Positions 29,112-38,176 of a stretch of 62,993 nt of DNA are shown here, in pieces. Below the pieces are notes generated by a model. That model saw only the letters and a program-made list of their open reading frames with translations, searched no databases and was not told the origin of the DNA. Where the stretch lies: the IMG/VR virus record IMGVR_UViG_3300033120_000611; one strand, written 5' to 3'. Both the position numbers and the translations under genes were made by a program. This DNA comes from a virus. Taxonomy: Duplodnaviria; Heunggongvirae; Uroviricota; Caudoviricetes. Position 1 is the first letter of the stretch; every line of letters starts with the position of its first letter.

Positions 29112-31496
29112 TTATACGACTTCTCGTTGCTCAAATTCAGCCTCAGCCTTTACTATTTCCTCTTCGATATCGAAGATCTCCTCCTCTACTTCAGGCTCCT
29201 GAAATGAGGGATAATCATCTGGATCTATTTCCGTATCTGGTTCAATTGAGGTAATCTCCTCAGATATAGGTAATCCTACTGGATCTACGTGTTTACCACG
29301 TTCTATTAGGAATTGTCTAATGAAATCCTTATTTAGATCAACATACTGATGAACATACTTTACAGTAGTTCCCTCCTTATCCCCATTCCTATGTGCAGGA
29401 GTATATAGATTGAAATTAACAGTCTTCAATAACTCAGCACCGGTAAAGTAGTCAGTGATTTCACTGAAATATCCTTCCATTTCTTTGTCAAGATTGTTAT
29501 GACACATATTTATGACTAGTTTATCTAGTCTATAGGCTTCAACCCAAGTACTACTAGTTTCTGTATTATGTCTAACTAATTCGTGCATCTTCAAGTACTT
29601 AGCACACAAATCTTGATTAATGTCCTGGAAGAATGATAGAATATGATATACATGCATATGCTCCTTAATCCTATAAGCAGATGCTATCCTAGCAAAGTCT
29701 GCATTTATAGGAGTCTTGAGATCAAGTACATGGTCAATATAGTGAGCATTATGCATAAATGCGAATTGCTTAGCATAATGCTTTCCTATCTTTAGAAATA
29801 GAATTCCATTTGGATCATTTACATTATATCCCCTTATCATATTATAGTTAACCTTACTTGAAGTGAGTATTCCTGCAGCCTGGCATAACTTGCTATGATC
29901 TTCTTGGAATCCATAGATTATACGAAGCTTCTTTACCTCTTCGAATTTTCCCTCGTACATACTGTAGTCAAATACTCCATCTAGACCAGATAGTTTTGAT
30001 CTATAAGCTATACCTAATTCCTTAGCAGTAAATTTACCCTCCAGTTTTCTCTGCTGTACGAGTTTCTTATACTGCTCCTTATAGTATGAGCTATTATCTT
30101 CCTGAGCTTCATCATCTGGGACCACTATATCATTGAAAGCTGGTAGTTGACTAGACCAAGATCTAGTTGCCTGGTAGTATGTATAAAGGTCAGGATTTTC
30201 GTTTATATCGATATCCTTAACTTTACTTACTACTATGAATCCTTTTGGATGGTGTTTCAATAGATATAGGGCTGTTCTAGCATTTAGCATAGTATCCAAC
30301 CAGAATATAGGCTTCTCTCTTAGTTCAGCAAGATCTACAGGCTTAGCTTCATACCCACTTGATGTCTGGCTATAGTTCCTACTCACTGATCTTACGTTAT
30401 GTCCAGCAAACCAATCTTCCTGGTTTGTGATCTCAAGTTTATCTCCATCAAAGTTAAACATACTAGCTCCCTTTATATTAGAGAACTTCCACTGATTACT
30501 GAAGGTACTAGTAGTACTAGTCATAATACTACCAAACCATTTCCCATAATCAGTTTCACCCTTCAGTTCAGCCTCTATCTGATTCCGGATAGATTTCTGA
30601 GCTTTTCTTATTCTCTCTTCTACAAGACTAGCTACTTTATCTGACCAGAATAAGCCTTCTCTACTTAAGGTAGGTTGTAATTCACCTATGTCAAACTTGA
30701 TACCTATCTTAGCATCTTTACACCTATCCGCTATCCCTTCACTCATACGCTCAAAATCAATTGCATATGGCACATTGCCTAGAACAATATGAGCATCATT
30801 TATAGGGGGAGTTTCCAAGAGAACACAATACTGGTCCTCATAAATGATATTATTGGCCGGCTTAGTAAAGCCCAAGTAATTCATTTTTTGGAAATAACTA
30901 AGCTGCCTATAGATAGCATTTTGAAATTTAGTGTAGTCCTCAGCTGACTTCTTGACTGGTATAACGATCTCTGTTCTATTAAGTAAGTCCACCTTAGCAC
31001 AATGCATCTCAGATATAGCGCCTAATTGTGAATCATCTATATAACAGAGATACTGAGTCTCAACTCCATCATATACTGTTTTCACAAAGAAGCTATCTGT
31101 ATATGCAAATGGAACCTTGGATCCTAGACCAAAGCCACCAATAGCATCATTGTCGTCTCTTTTGGTTGAACTCAAATAATTAGCGTAAACATCTCTCATT
31201 CTATCAGGACTTAGGCCAACACCAAAATCTCTGATAATAAGCTGGGCATCTACTCCCAGGATCCTATTCTCCGGTACCCACTGAACTTCACCAAATGCAT
31301 CTAGCTTCTTGGCTTCTGTATGTGAGTCTATAACGTTTGATACTAGCTCTCGCAGTATTGATCCGTATATATCAGAATATAGATTTGTACGTAGCATTTG
31401 AAATAGCAAAGCCAGGTTCTCTGTATTTACTCCATAGCTAACTGTCTTAAACTCACCACTCTTGGTGACATTTCTTCTTTCCTGATTAATTATCAT
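29112..31496 (-). CDS. rIIA: RIIA-like protein (GHKL ATPase N-terminus)
   Basis: ILRELVSNVIDS; IRDFGVGLS; SSTK...GGFGLGSK. Confidence 0.8.
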   Translation of the reverse strand: MIINQERRNVTKSGEFKTVSYGVNTENLALLFQMLRTNLYSDIYGSILRELVSNVIDSHTEAKKLDAFGEVQWVPENRILGVDAQLIIRDFGVGLSPDRMRDVYANYLSSTKRDDNDAIGGFGLGSKVPFAYTDSFFVKTVYDGVETQYLCYIDDSQLGAISEMHCAKVDLLNRTEIVIPVKKSAEDYTKFQNAIYRQLSYFQKMNYLGFTKPANNIIYEDQYCVLLETPPINDAHIVLGNVPYAIDFERMSEGIADRCKDAKIGIKFDIGELQPTLSREGLFWSDKVASLVEERIRKAQKSIRNQIEAELKGETDYGKWFGSIMTSTTSTFSNQWKFSNIKGASMFNFDGDKLEITNQEDWFAGHNVRSVSRNYSQTSSGYEAKPVDLAELREKPIFWLDTMLNARTALYLLKHHPKGFIVVSKVKDIDINENPDLYTYYQATRSWSSQLPAFNDIVVPDDEAQEDNSSYYKEQYKKLVQQRKLEGKFTAKELGIAYRSKLSGLDGVFDYSMYEGKFEEVKKLRIIYGFQEDHSKLCQAAGILTSSKVNYNMIRGYNVNDPNGILFLKIGKHYAKQFAFMHNAHYIDHVLDLKTPINADFARIASAYRIKEHMHVYHILSFFQDINQDLCAKYLKMHELVRHNTETSSTWVEAYRLDKLVINMCHNNLDKEMEGYFSEITDYFTGAELLKTVNFNLYTPAHRNGDKEGTTVKYVHQYVDLNKDFIRQFLIERGKHVDPVGLPISEEITSIEPDTEIDPDDYPSFQEPEVEEEIFDIEEEIVKAEAEFEQREVV

Positions 31497-31497
31497 C

Positions 31498-31728
31498 TTA
31501 ATTTCCTTTTGTCGAGTTAATTTGATCTTTACAGAGCTCTGACAATACTATCAGGCACTTTCCTTTTTTTGCCTCACACCACTCTATGAGCATCATTGGA
31601 TCACCAGTGATGATAGAGATATTTTCTATCTCGAAATCCTGAGTATATCCTACATCAGATTGTTCATCTATTGGCGTTCCAAGGATCTCTAGAGTAAGGC
31701 CAGGCTGCAACTCTACTATCTGGATCAT
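31498..31728 (-). CDS. Hypothetical protein
   Basis: ORF track; coupled to its neighbours. Confidence 0.55.
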   Translation of the reverse strand: MIQIVELQPGLTLEILGTPIDEQSDVGYTQDFEIENISIITGDPMMLIEWCEAKKGKCLIVLSELCKDQINSTKGN

Positions 31729-31925
31729 TTTATTTTATTTACCTTGTGATTTAATTGATACCATATCAGACCTAATCCGGACTCAGTTATAAGAGCCATC
31801 CATGTAAGACAGAACCATACTTCAGTATCTGGCTGTTCTTTAAAATGTGGCCGGATTATTAAAGTCAAATGGATATCAAGAGCAAATACGCATAATAGTA
31901 TTGCTACAAATTGCCATGTCTTCAT
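31725..31925 (-). CDS. Small membrane protein
   Basis: Two hydrophobic segments. Confidence 0.55.
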   Translation of the reverse strand: MKTWQFVAILLCVFALDIHLTLIIRPHFKEQPDTEVWFCLTWMALITESGLGLIWYQLNHKVNKIK

Positions 31926-31934
31926 GTTATTGAT

Positions 31935-32717
31935 TTAAAATGGTATGTCATCATTATCATCGACCATATCTACTAGATACTTGTCCCACAATATTTCTTG
32001 CTTACCATTTGTTCTTAAAAATTCGTTTGTTCTTGAGAATATCTTCTCGTGGTGCCAATCTCTCGATTGATATGCGCTAGCTGCAGGATGCTCTAGCTCT
32101 ATTACAGTGTGTACATTTCTATCTACCCTGGTAAGCATTTCATTAGCTACTTTACCAAATCCAGTAAATAGTAATCCCTTTTTCTCCTTGTTGAGTGTAT
32201 CAATTAGGAAATGGATAAAGGGCTTCCATATATCTGTATGTTTTCCAGCTGTACCTAAGACTGTTGTCAGGCCGGCATTAGCTAGAAGTATACCCTGATG
32301 GGCTAGAAAATCAAGCTCATTATACCTTAGCATATTCAGATTGATATCATTATATAGATCATTCTCAATAGCTTTATAAACTTTAAATAGACTAGGTGGC
32401 ACATTATGCTTTTGCTTTGTGCTAAAAGCCAATCCGTCAGCTACCAGGTCTTTTGAGTATGGATCTGTTGTATGATATGGACACAGACCAAGCCATACTA
32501 CTTTAAGGTCCTTATACCGGCACTCAGAGAATGCTCTGAATAGGTCATCAATCTTAGGAACAAGGCTAGCCATATCTGGTCCTAATTCCTTCTTTATCTT
32601 TTGCCACTGAGGGCCTTCAAAGAATGGATATAAACAAGTCCAGTCTTGGAGTTGTCTAGCCATCTTTTCTGTTATTGGATGCTTAATTTCTACGTCAAGC
32701 TTTAGTTGTTCACTCAT
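31935..32717 (-). CDS. ung: Family-1 uracil-DNA glycosylase-like protein with variant catalytic motif
   Basis: GLCPYH in place of GQDPYH; ADGLAFS; PPSL; QGILLAN; HPAA. Confidence 0.75.
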   Translation of the reverse strand: MSEQLKLDVEIKHPITEKMARQLQDWTCLYPFFEGPQWQKIKKELGPDMASLVPKIDDLFRAFSECRYKDLKVVWLGLCPYHTTDPYSKDLVADGLAFSTKQKHNVPPSLFKVYKAIENDLYNDINLNMLRYNELDFLAHQGILLANAGLTTVLGTAGKHTDIWKPFIHFLIDTLNKEKKGLLFTGFGKVANEMLTRVDRNVHTVIELEHPAASAYQSRDWHHEKIFSRTNEFLRTNGKQEILWDKYLVDMVDDNDDIPF

Positions 32718-32821
32718 ATACTACTTTTAATCTATTAATACTTCTGCTGCTCTTTTAAGAAAGAGTATGATCATTATTACTAATAGTATTACACCAGATC
32801 CAATTATGATCTCATCTATAC

Positions 32822-33847
32822 TCATAGTAAACCTTTCTTTTTAAGTTCGTTAATTAATATTTTGGATCCCTCCTCCCATCCAAAATGTCTTATGACATCT
32901 CCTGGATCAGTTAGGCCATGCTTTTCATAGAGGTCATTAGGTACATTAATCCACTTATACCCCCTCTTGTTCAACTTCTTGTTAGCTTCTTTGCCAGGAT
33001 CATCGCTATCAAACCAACAATATTTCTCTGGGAATTGAGAAAGGAATTCATCCTTCTCTGGTGGAATAGCGCTTTCAGATTCATTTTGGCATGAGCATAC
33101 ATTTACATATAGCTTACTGAGGATTATTCTATCCTTCCGGCTCTTAGTAACTATAACTGGCTTAGTGAAGTCAAAGTTAGGATTAGCCAGGCCCTCCATT
33201 TTGTGAGTACTAACATTTCCAAACCATTTAAACTCTTGTGAATCTGGACTGTAGATCTTGAATTTGTCTATATCCGGGAAGTGATATGCGAAGTGTAAGC
33301 CAGGCCTAAAGAATATTTCTTTCTTATTGATCCAGGCAGTTTTAATTCCATAGATTTTATTCTTCTTTAGATCAACTCCTGTGATATTAAACTGTCTCCA
33401 ATAGTCAAGCTCTCTTTCTGTCATCTTCCTTATATCTATTTGTATAAGATACTCTTGCTGGAATTGATCTTTAAAGGCTCTTGCTTCTTCAATCTGCTGT
33501 TTAGATACTAGTGGAATACTTCCCTTAATAATACCAAAGTCAGTAGCTATCTTCATGATAGCGTCTCTTAGTGTAAGGTGATAGATCTTCATTACCATAT
33601 CGAAGCAATCACCAGTTTCTCCTGTAGTATGATCCTTGTATAGTAGCTTAAGAAACTTCTGGCTGAGAAATATAGAAAAGCTTGGCTTTTTATCTACCCG
33701 GAATGGAGACTTAAAGGCTCTTCCTAGTTTAAATGATCCACCTAGGTAATACCTAAATATTAATAGATCATCAATCTTATTAAGGATATAGGAAGTATTA
33801 AGGTCCATTGTATCATGTTCGCTCAGATCAAATTTATTATCTTCCAT
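32822..33847 (-). CDS. DNA primase (DnaG-like TOPRIM)
   Basis: SPFRVDKKPSF...GDCFD N-domain; TKSRKD; FDSDDPG; DPGD. Confidence 0.8.
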   Translation of the reverse strand: MEDNKFDLSEHDTMDLNTSYILNKIDDLLIFRYYLGGSFKLGRAFKSPFRVDKKPSFSIFLSQKFLKLLYKDHTTGETGDCFDMVMKIYHLTLRDAIMKIATDFGIIKGSIPLVSKQQIEEARAFKDQFQQEYLIQIDIRKMTERELDYWRQFNITGVDLKKNKIYGIKTAWINKKEIFFRPGLHFAYHFPDIDKFKIYSPDSQEFKWFGNVSTHKMEGLANPNFDFTKPVIVTKSRKDRIILSKLYVNVCSCQNESESAIPPEKDEFLSQFPEKYCWFDSDDPGKEANKKLNKRGYKWINVPNDLYEKHGLTDPGDVIRHFGWEEGSKILINELKKKGLL

Positions 33848-33858
33848 TTTTAGAAATT

Positions 33859-33890
33859 AAAAAGGGCCACCTAGTGATAGGCAGCCCTTT
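33859..33890 (-). terminator. Intrinsic terminator
   Basis: AAAGGGC/GCCCTTT stem with inner CCTA-GTGA-TAGG; gives a U-run on the - strand. Confidence 0.6.
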
Positions 33891-33908
33891 GTGTTTGAAG
33901 GGAATTAA

Positions 33909-34580
33909 TTATAGTTCCTCCATTTTGGCGACATTAGCTATGCCACCAGAATGTGTTGGAGCAGGAGCTTGCTCTCTTTTCTTCACAGCGAACTTGTATT
34001 CAGATTCTGTGAAGTCTCTTTCCTCATTATACCTGCATAGTTGATTCTTCTTATCTGTGTAGTAGCAGAATGCAGAGTAAGTTAGCTTGGTGTATACCTT
34101 ACCATCTTCTGCCTCTTCACCACCAATCTTGAATATAGCAGTCTTTCCAGCTAGCTTCTTATTCAGGATCTCTGTGAGTTGAGCAGGATTAGGAATAGTA
34201 TAAGTTTCACTTGTACCATTACTTTGATCCTCCTTGGTATAAGTATATCTATCAGTCTTTATAGACATGATATCACCGGTAAGGCCCTTCGCCAATTCTT
34301 GTAGTCTTACTACAGATGACATTTGGTTAGCCTTATTGATCTTTCCACTCATATAGAAGTTCTCAGAGAATTCTATTGGGTCTCCATCTGGGTTTGCCTT
34401 ATGAGCAACCATTACTATGAGAGGAGTCTTACCAGCCTTTTCTTGCTCGTAAGTGAACTTATCTATAGTCAGCTTATGAAAGCCTGGCTTAAGATATTCT
34501 TTTTCCTTATTATCGGGAGCAGCTACGCCTCCCATATCAAACCCACCTTCGAGTTCCAGATCTTGATTTTCTGTTGACAT
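33909..34580 (-). CDS. Putative single-stranded DNA-binding protein
   Basis: Beta-rich sequence (YLKPGFHKLTI); lies between the AAA ATPase and the primase. Confidence 0.45.
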   Translation of the reverse strand: MSTENQDLELEGGFDMGGVAAPDNKEKEYLKPGFHKLTIDKFTYEQEKAGKTPLIVMVAHKANPDGDPIEFSENFYMSGKINKANQMSSVVRLQELAKGLTGDIMSIKTDRYTYTKEDQSNGTSETYTIPNPAQLTEILNKKLAGKTAIFKIGGEEAEDGKVYTKLTYSAFCYYTDKKNQLCRYNEERDFTESEYKFAVKKREQAPAPTHSGGIANVAKMEEL

Positions 34581-34612
34581 ATTTGTGATTTTATTTTACT
34601 TTGAAATGATGA

Positions 34613-34948
34613 TTATAGAGAAGATAGTTGGGCACTTGCATTAGCTTCAGAAGCTACTGCTGCTTGTGTAGTACTAGCCTCTAATTGACTAGTCTCTATC
34701 TTCTTAGGAGCTTTAACCGGATTCTTACCATCCAGGTTCACCTTCACTACGTAATCTCTTTCTGGAGCATCTGGTTCTGGTTCATTCTTTCTGATAGTAA
34801 AGCCACAATCTCTTAGGGCCTTCTTCATATCTTGGAAATCAATACCATACTTAGTTGCCAGATCTTTTACCGGGGTAAAGTCTACATTGTAATCAATGTT
34901 AAGTTCTCTTTGTGAGAGGGTTACTACTTTCTTTTCTGTTGTTGACAT
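34613..34948 (-). CDS. Hypothetical protein
   Basis: ORF track. Confidence 0.6.
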   Translation of the reverse strand: MSTTEKKVVTLSQRELNIDYNVDFTPVKDLATKYGIDFQDMKKALRDCGFTIRKNEPEPDAPERDYVVKVNLDGKNPVKAPKKIETSQLEASTTQAAVASEANASAQLSSL

Positions 34949-34962
34949 GTTGTTAATTTTAA

Positions 34963-35637
34963 TTATTTAGCGAATTCTATGATAGCTTTGTGTACCTCAT
35001 TGATGTCATTAGGAATCTTATAGACATCTTCCCCAAAGATACCAGGGGGACATTTTGCTGAAGTATTTTCTTCAGCTAGTTTGAAAAAGTATTCTGGTTT
35101 ACCAGCTTCGTTGAATTTATTATCAGCAATTAAGACGATAGTAAATTCTTTCTCTACAACTCCTTCCCACTCCTTACCTTTTACTTTTGCCCTCTTTTCT
35201 AAGTTTCCTTCCATACCTAGAATTTCGTAGTGAGCAGTAAGATATACTTCTTTATTGATCTTTTTGATCAATGTAAAGAATTTAGCTAACTCCTCATTGT
35301 AAAAGTTAAAAATTTCATAGCCTTTTTTAGTTGCTCTCGCATCAGCCATGAGCATATCTGTATATGCTGAGAATGAATCTATTCCTATAGCTTCAATTTC
35401 AGGATTTTTGGCATACGAAACTAGAGCATTATTTAGCTCAACTCGATCTTTTGGACGAGATTCGTGTACAAAATTGTTCTTGAATGGTAGAGGTTTATTC
35501 TCTACGTTAATGAAGCCAAATGTCTTGGGATTGACATTGCGGAATGAGCTGGTTTTTCCCTTGCCCGGAGGACCAAGTAGTAGCACCTTGTAAAAGTCTT
35601 TACGTGGCGCTACCACTGGGTTTGATTGTTCTGCCAT
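34963..35637 (-). CDS. AAA-family P-loop ATPase (Sak4/AAA_24-like recombination protein)
   Basis: Walker A GPPGKGKT; IGIDSFS; EKEFTIVL; SAKCPPG. Confidence 0.75.
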   Translation of the reverse strand: MAEQSNPVVAPRKDFYKVLLLGPPGKGKTSSFRNVNPKTFGFINVENKPLPFKNNFVHESRPKDRVELNNALVSYAKNPEIEAIGIDSFSAYTDMLMADARATKKGYEIFNFYNEELAKFFTLIKKINKEVYLTAHYEILGMEGNLEKRAKVKGKEWEGVVEKEFTIVLIADNKFNEAGKPEYFFKLAEENTSAKCPPGIFGEDVYKIPNDINEVHKAIIEFAK

Positions 35638-35656
35638 TTATTGTTTTTTGTTGATG

Positions 35657-35664
35657 CAAATATA
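35657..35664 (-). promoter_or_regulatory. Bacteroidota-type -7 element (TATATTTG)
   Basis: Exact TAnnTTTG match 20 nt upstream of the ATPase ATG. Confidence 0.6.
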
Positions 35665-35672
35665 AGTATAAA

Positions 35673-37286
35673 CTATGAGTTTTGCAAGTTTTCAACAGGT
35701 ATTTTTGTGATGGAATTCAATCTTTCTCTGATCTCTGAGAGAGTACTTAGATTGGATAATTTGCCATCCAAAAATATGGTTTGAAGCAGGCCGCCTTCCT
35801 CTTGTTCAGGAGTTACTTGTTGATTCAGGACCAGGTTATCTTGTCCATCATATCTCATCATCCAACCTGGACAATCTGGCCTATTGTTAAATACTTGTAA
35901 TCTACCCTTAGCTGACTTCTTCTCTCCGGAATCAGTAATAGGCGATTTGAATATCTCCCTACCTACCCTAACTTCTTTTGTTATATCGCCAATAGGCTCA
36001 TCAGATAGCTGGACTTCCATAACTTCGCCATAAGTAGCTTTCATCGCAAAGCCAAAAGTATCTCTCGTATTGTACTGATAAGTATAAGAACCAATACCAA
36101 AAACAATATTAGTGGAGGCAAACCCTTTTGCTTTAAGTCTCTCACAAATTGCTTCCGCTCTTTCCAGAGTAATCGAATCCCCGTAAATAGCACCAATATG
36201 AGGATCAAGTTCTTTATAACCATATTCATTGATTTTACCACCAAATACATCCCATAGAAGTTCTATTACTCCCTTTTGGACTGGAGTGAAATCTTTTTGA
36301 GCATCATTCCACATCTCATAATCGATAGGCTGTTCTGTCCCACAGATAATATCTACTGGATCTCCTGAGTCAGGACGAATTACCACCTTACCATCCCTGG
36401 CCAGGATCTCATCTTTAAGGATAGGCAAATACTCTGTGCATACCTTCCAGAGATCCCAAGTATCTGATACTATGGAGATTATACCCTTAGGTACGATTTC
36501 ATGGATTAGTCTTCTAAAGGTACCAATCTCATCATCTTTAGTACCCATACACATAACACTATGCTCAGTAGCCGGGACAGATGTACCTACTAACTCAGCT
36601 TCAATATTTGCTCCATAGTATTGCTCTAGGAACTCAATAGCTGCGATAGTATCTGAGCCACTAAAGGAGAGAAGGTGACCAGCACCACTAGTGCAAGCAG
36701 ACTCCAAAGAAGACATACCACGCATACTAAAATCATGTCCTTGAAACTGTACGAAGTCTGTAGATCCTGTTGTTTCGATAGCATATCTCGAAAGAAGCTT
36801 TTTGTACTCATGAGCTATTGTTGCTGAAGTCATTGGCTGCCATACTGTACAGCTTAGAATAGTTTCTAGATAATTAACCAGCCAGTACTCCTGATCCCGG
36901 GTATTAGTTATAGTTATACATGGAACTCCTATTGGACACAAGGTTCCTTCAGGAAGAGTCTTTACATGAAGAGGAAGATATCCAAGATCCCATAAATCTT
37001 CCATGTATTTAGTGCTTACAGCATCTTTACCTAAGGTAAAGTCCATCATTCTTTTATACCTGGCTATAGCTATTTCTTTAGGCATATGGAAGAAGTTCTC
37101 CCCCCACTGTCTAATCAAGATCTCTAGCACCCAGTATTGAGGACCAAAGACTACAACCTTATTAACTCCTTTCATTCTACTCTTTCTTGGAGTTAGATTG
37201 CTAGAGATCTTAACTGTTCTATTAGGATACATTGGGGCATGACTAGGCTTATAAAAATCCACCTGGTTTGGCGGGAATATGTTCAT
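35673..37286 (-). CDS. Nicotinamide phosphoribosyltransferase-like protein (Nampt/Namat)
   Basis: DFYKPSH; HDFSMRG; PATEHSVM; VSDTWD; IRPDSGDP; IYGDSIT; RDTFGFAMKAT. Confidence 0.9.
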   Translation of the reverse strand: MNIFPPNQVDFYKPSHAPMYPNRTVKISSNLTPRKSRMKGVNKVVVFGPQYWVLEILIRQWGENFFHMPKEIAIARYKRMMDFTLGKDAVSTKYMEDLWDLGYLPLHVKTLPEGTLCPIGVPCITITNTRDQEYWLVNYLETILSCTVWQPMTSATIAHEYKKLLSRYAIETTGSTDFVQFQGHDFSMRGMSSLESACTSGAGHLLSFSGSDTIAAIEFLEQYYGANIEAELVGTSVPATEHSVMCMGTKDDEIGTFRRLIHEIVPKGIISIVSDTWDLWKVCTEYLPILKDEILARDGKVVIRPDSGDPVDIICGTEQPIDYEMWNDAQKDFTPVQKGVIELLWDVFGGKINEYGYKELDPHIGAIYGDSITLERAEAICERLKAKGFASTNIVFGIGSYTYQYNTRDTFGFAMKATYGEVMEVQLSDEPIGDITKEVRVGREIFKSPITDSGEKKSAKGRLQVFNNRPDCPGWMMRYDGQDNLVLNQQVTPEQEEGGLLQTIFLDGKLSNLSTLSEIRERLNSITKIPVENLQNS

Positions 37287-37304
37287 ATTATTTGATTAAA
37301 GATT

Positions 37305-37338
37305 AAAAAATAAGGGTACCCCAGATTAGGATACCCTT
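37305..37338 (-). terminator. Putative intrinsic terminator
   Basis: AAGGGTA/TACCCTT stem with an A6 run on the + strand. Confidence 0.55.
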
Positions 37339-37354
37339 GCTACCTATTCACTAA

Positions 37355-38176
37355 TTACTTGATCCTGTATAGTTCTCCACCTATCTTCAAAGACTTGAGT
37401 GTCTGAAGATTAACCTGGCGAATAGGATTTGGTTGTGTCTTATCTCTTAGCTTAGAAGCCTCCTTGACCTTAATATATCCAAGAACCGGTGCTCCCTGGT
37501 TAGCTAGATATTGACAGTTCATTACTCTTTCAGCTCCTTCCTTATCTATAAAGGTAGCAGTGAAGAAGTGCCCCCTATTGTTTTCCATTCTGGCCTGAGC
37601 ATCTTTACGAGACATATACTTAGTCTTAGATGCTGGCTTAACTGTCTTAGTAGCAGTTGTGGTAGATCTCCTTCCCTTACTTGTAGAAGCTTTTGGAGAT
37701 GATGGAACCGGGCTATTGATAGCTGAATATACTCTATGAGCGCTTGCTCCTGATCCTACAGTAGTGTAAGTCCAACGGCCGGCTGCTAGTTCATCCATGA
37801 TATCACTAATCATTTGTTGATCCCAGTAGTATTCTTTTTCGTAGTCAAACAGTAGTCTTGACTTTATCTCTAAAGTAGTTACTGTGTTATTAGCTTTGAG
37901 CAAGCTTTCTGCTGCCTCTAGAACGAGGTCTTTCTTTTTTTGAGATGCCATATATTTGTTTTTTAATTTGATATCATTGTATGATACATACCACCCATCT
38001 ACCCCAAAAGATGGAACCTTGTTAGAGTTCTCTCTTTCAGCATAGTAGTATGGATTTCCAGTGTGCTTATCATGTACACTAATAATAACTACAGTTGTTC
38101 CCAAACTAAATTGGTGACCACCAGACTTACCAATTATTGTACAGACATCACCTTTCTTATAGCCTACTTTAACCAT
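37355..38176 (-). CDS. Hypothetical multi-domain protein
   Basis: 273-aa ORF; SH3-like N-terminus, S/T/K-rich linker, C-terminal FFTATFIDKEG...RVMNC. Confidence 0.6.
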   Translation of the reverse strand: MVKVGYKKGDVCTIIGKSGGHQFSLGTTVVIISVHDKHTGNPYYYAERENSNKVPSFGVDGWYVSYNDIKLKNKYMASQKKKDLVLEAAESLLKANNTVTTLEIKSRLLFDYEKEYYWDQQMISDIMDELAAGRWTYTTVGSGASAHRVYSAINSPVPSSPKASTSKGRRSTTTATKTVKPASKTKYMSRKDAQARMENNRGHFFTATFIDKEGAERVMNCQYLANQGAPVLGYIKVKEASKLRDKTQPNPIRQVNLQTLKSLKIGGELYRIK

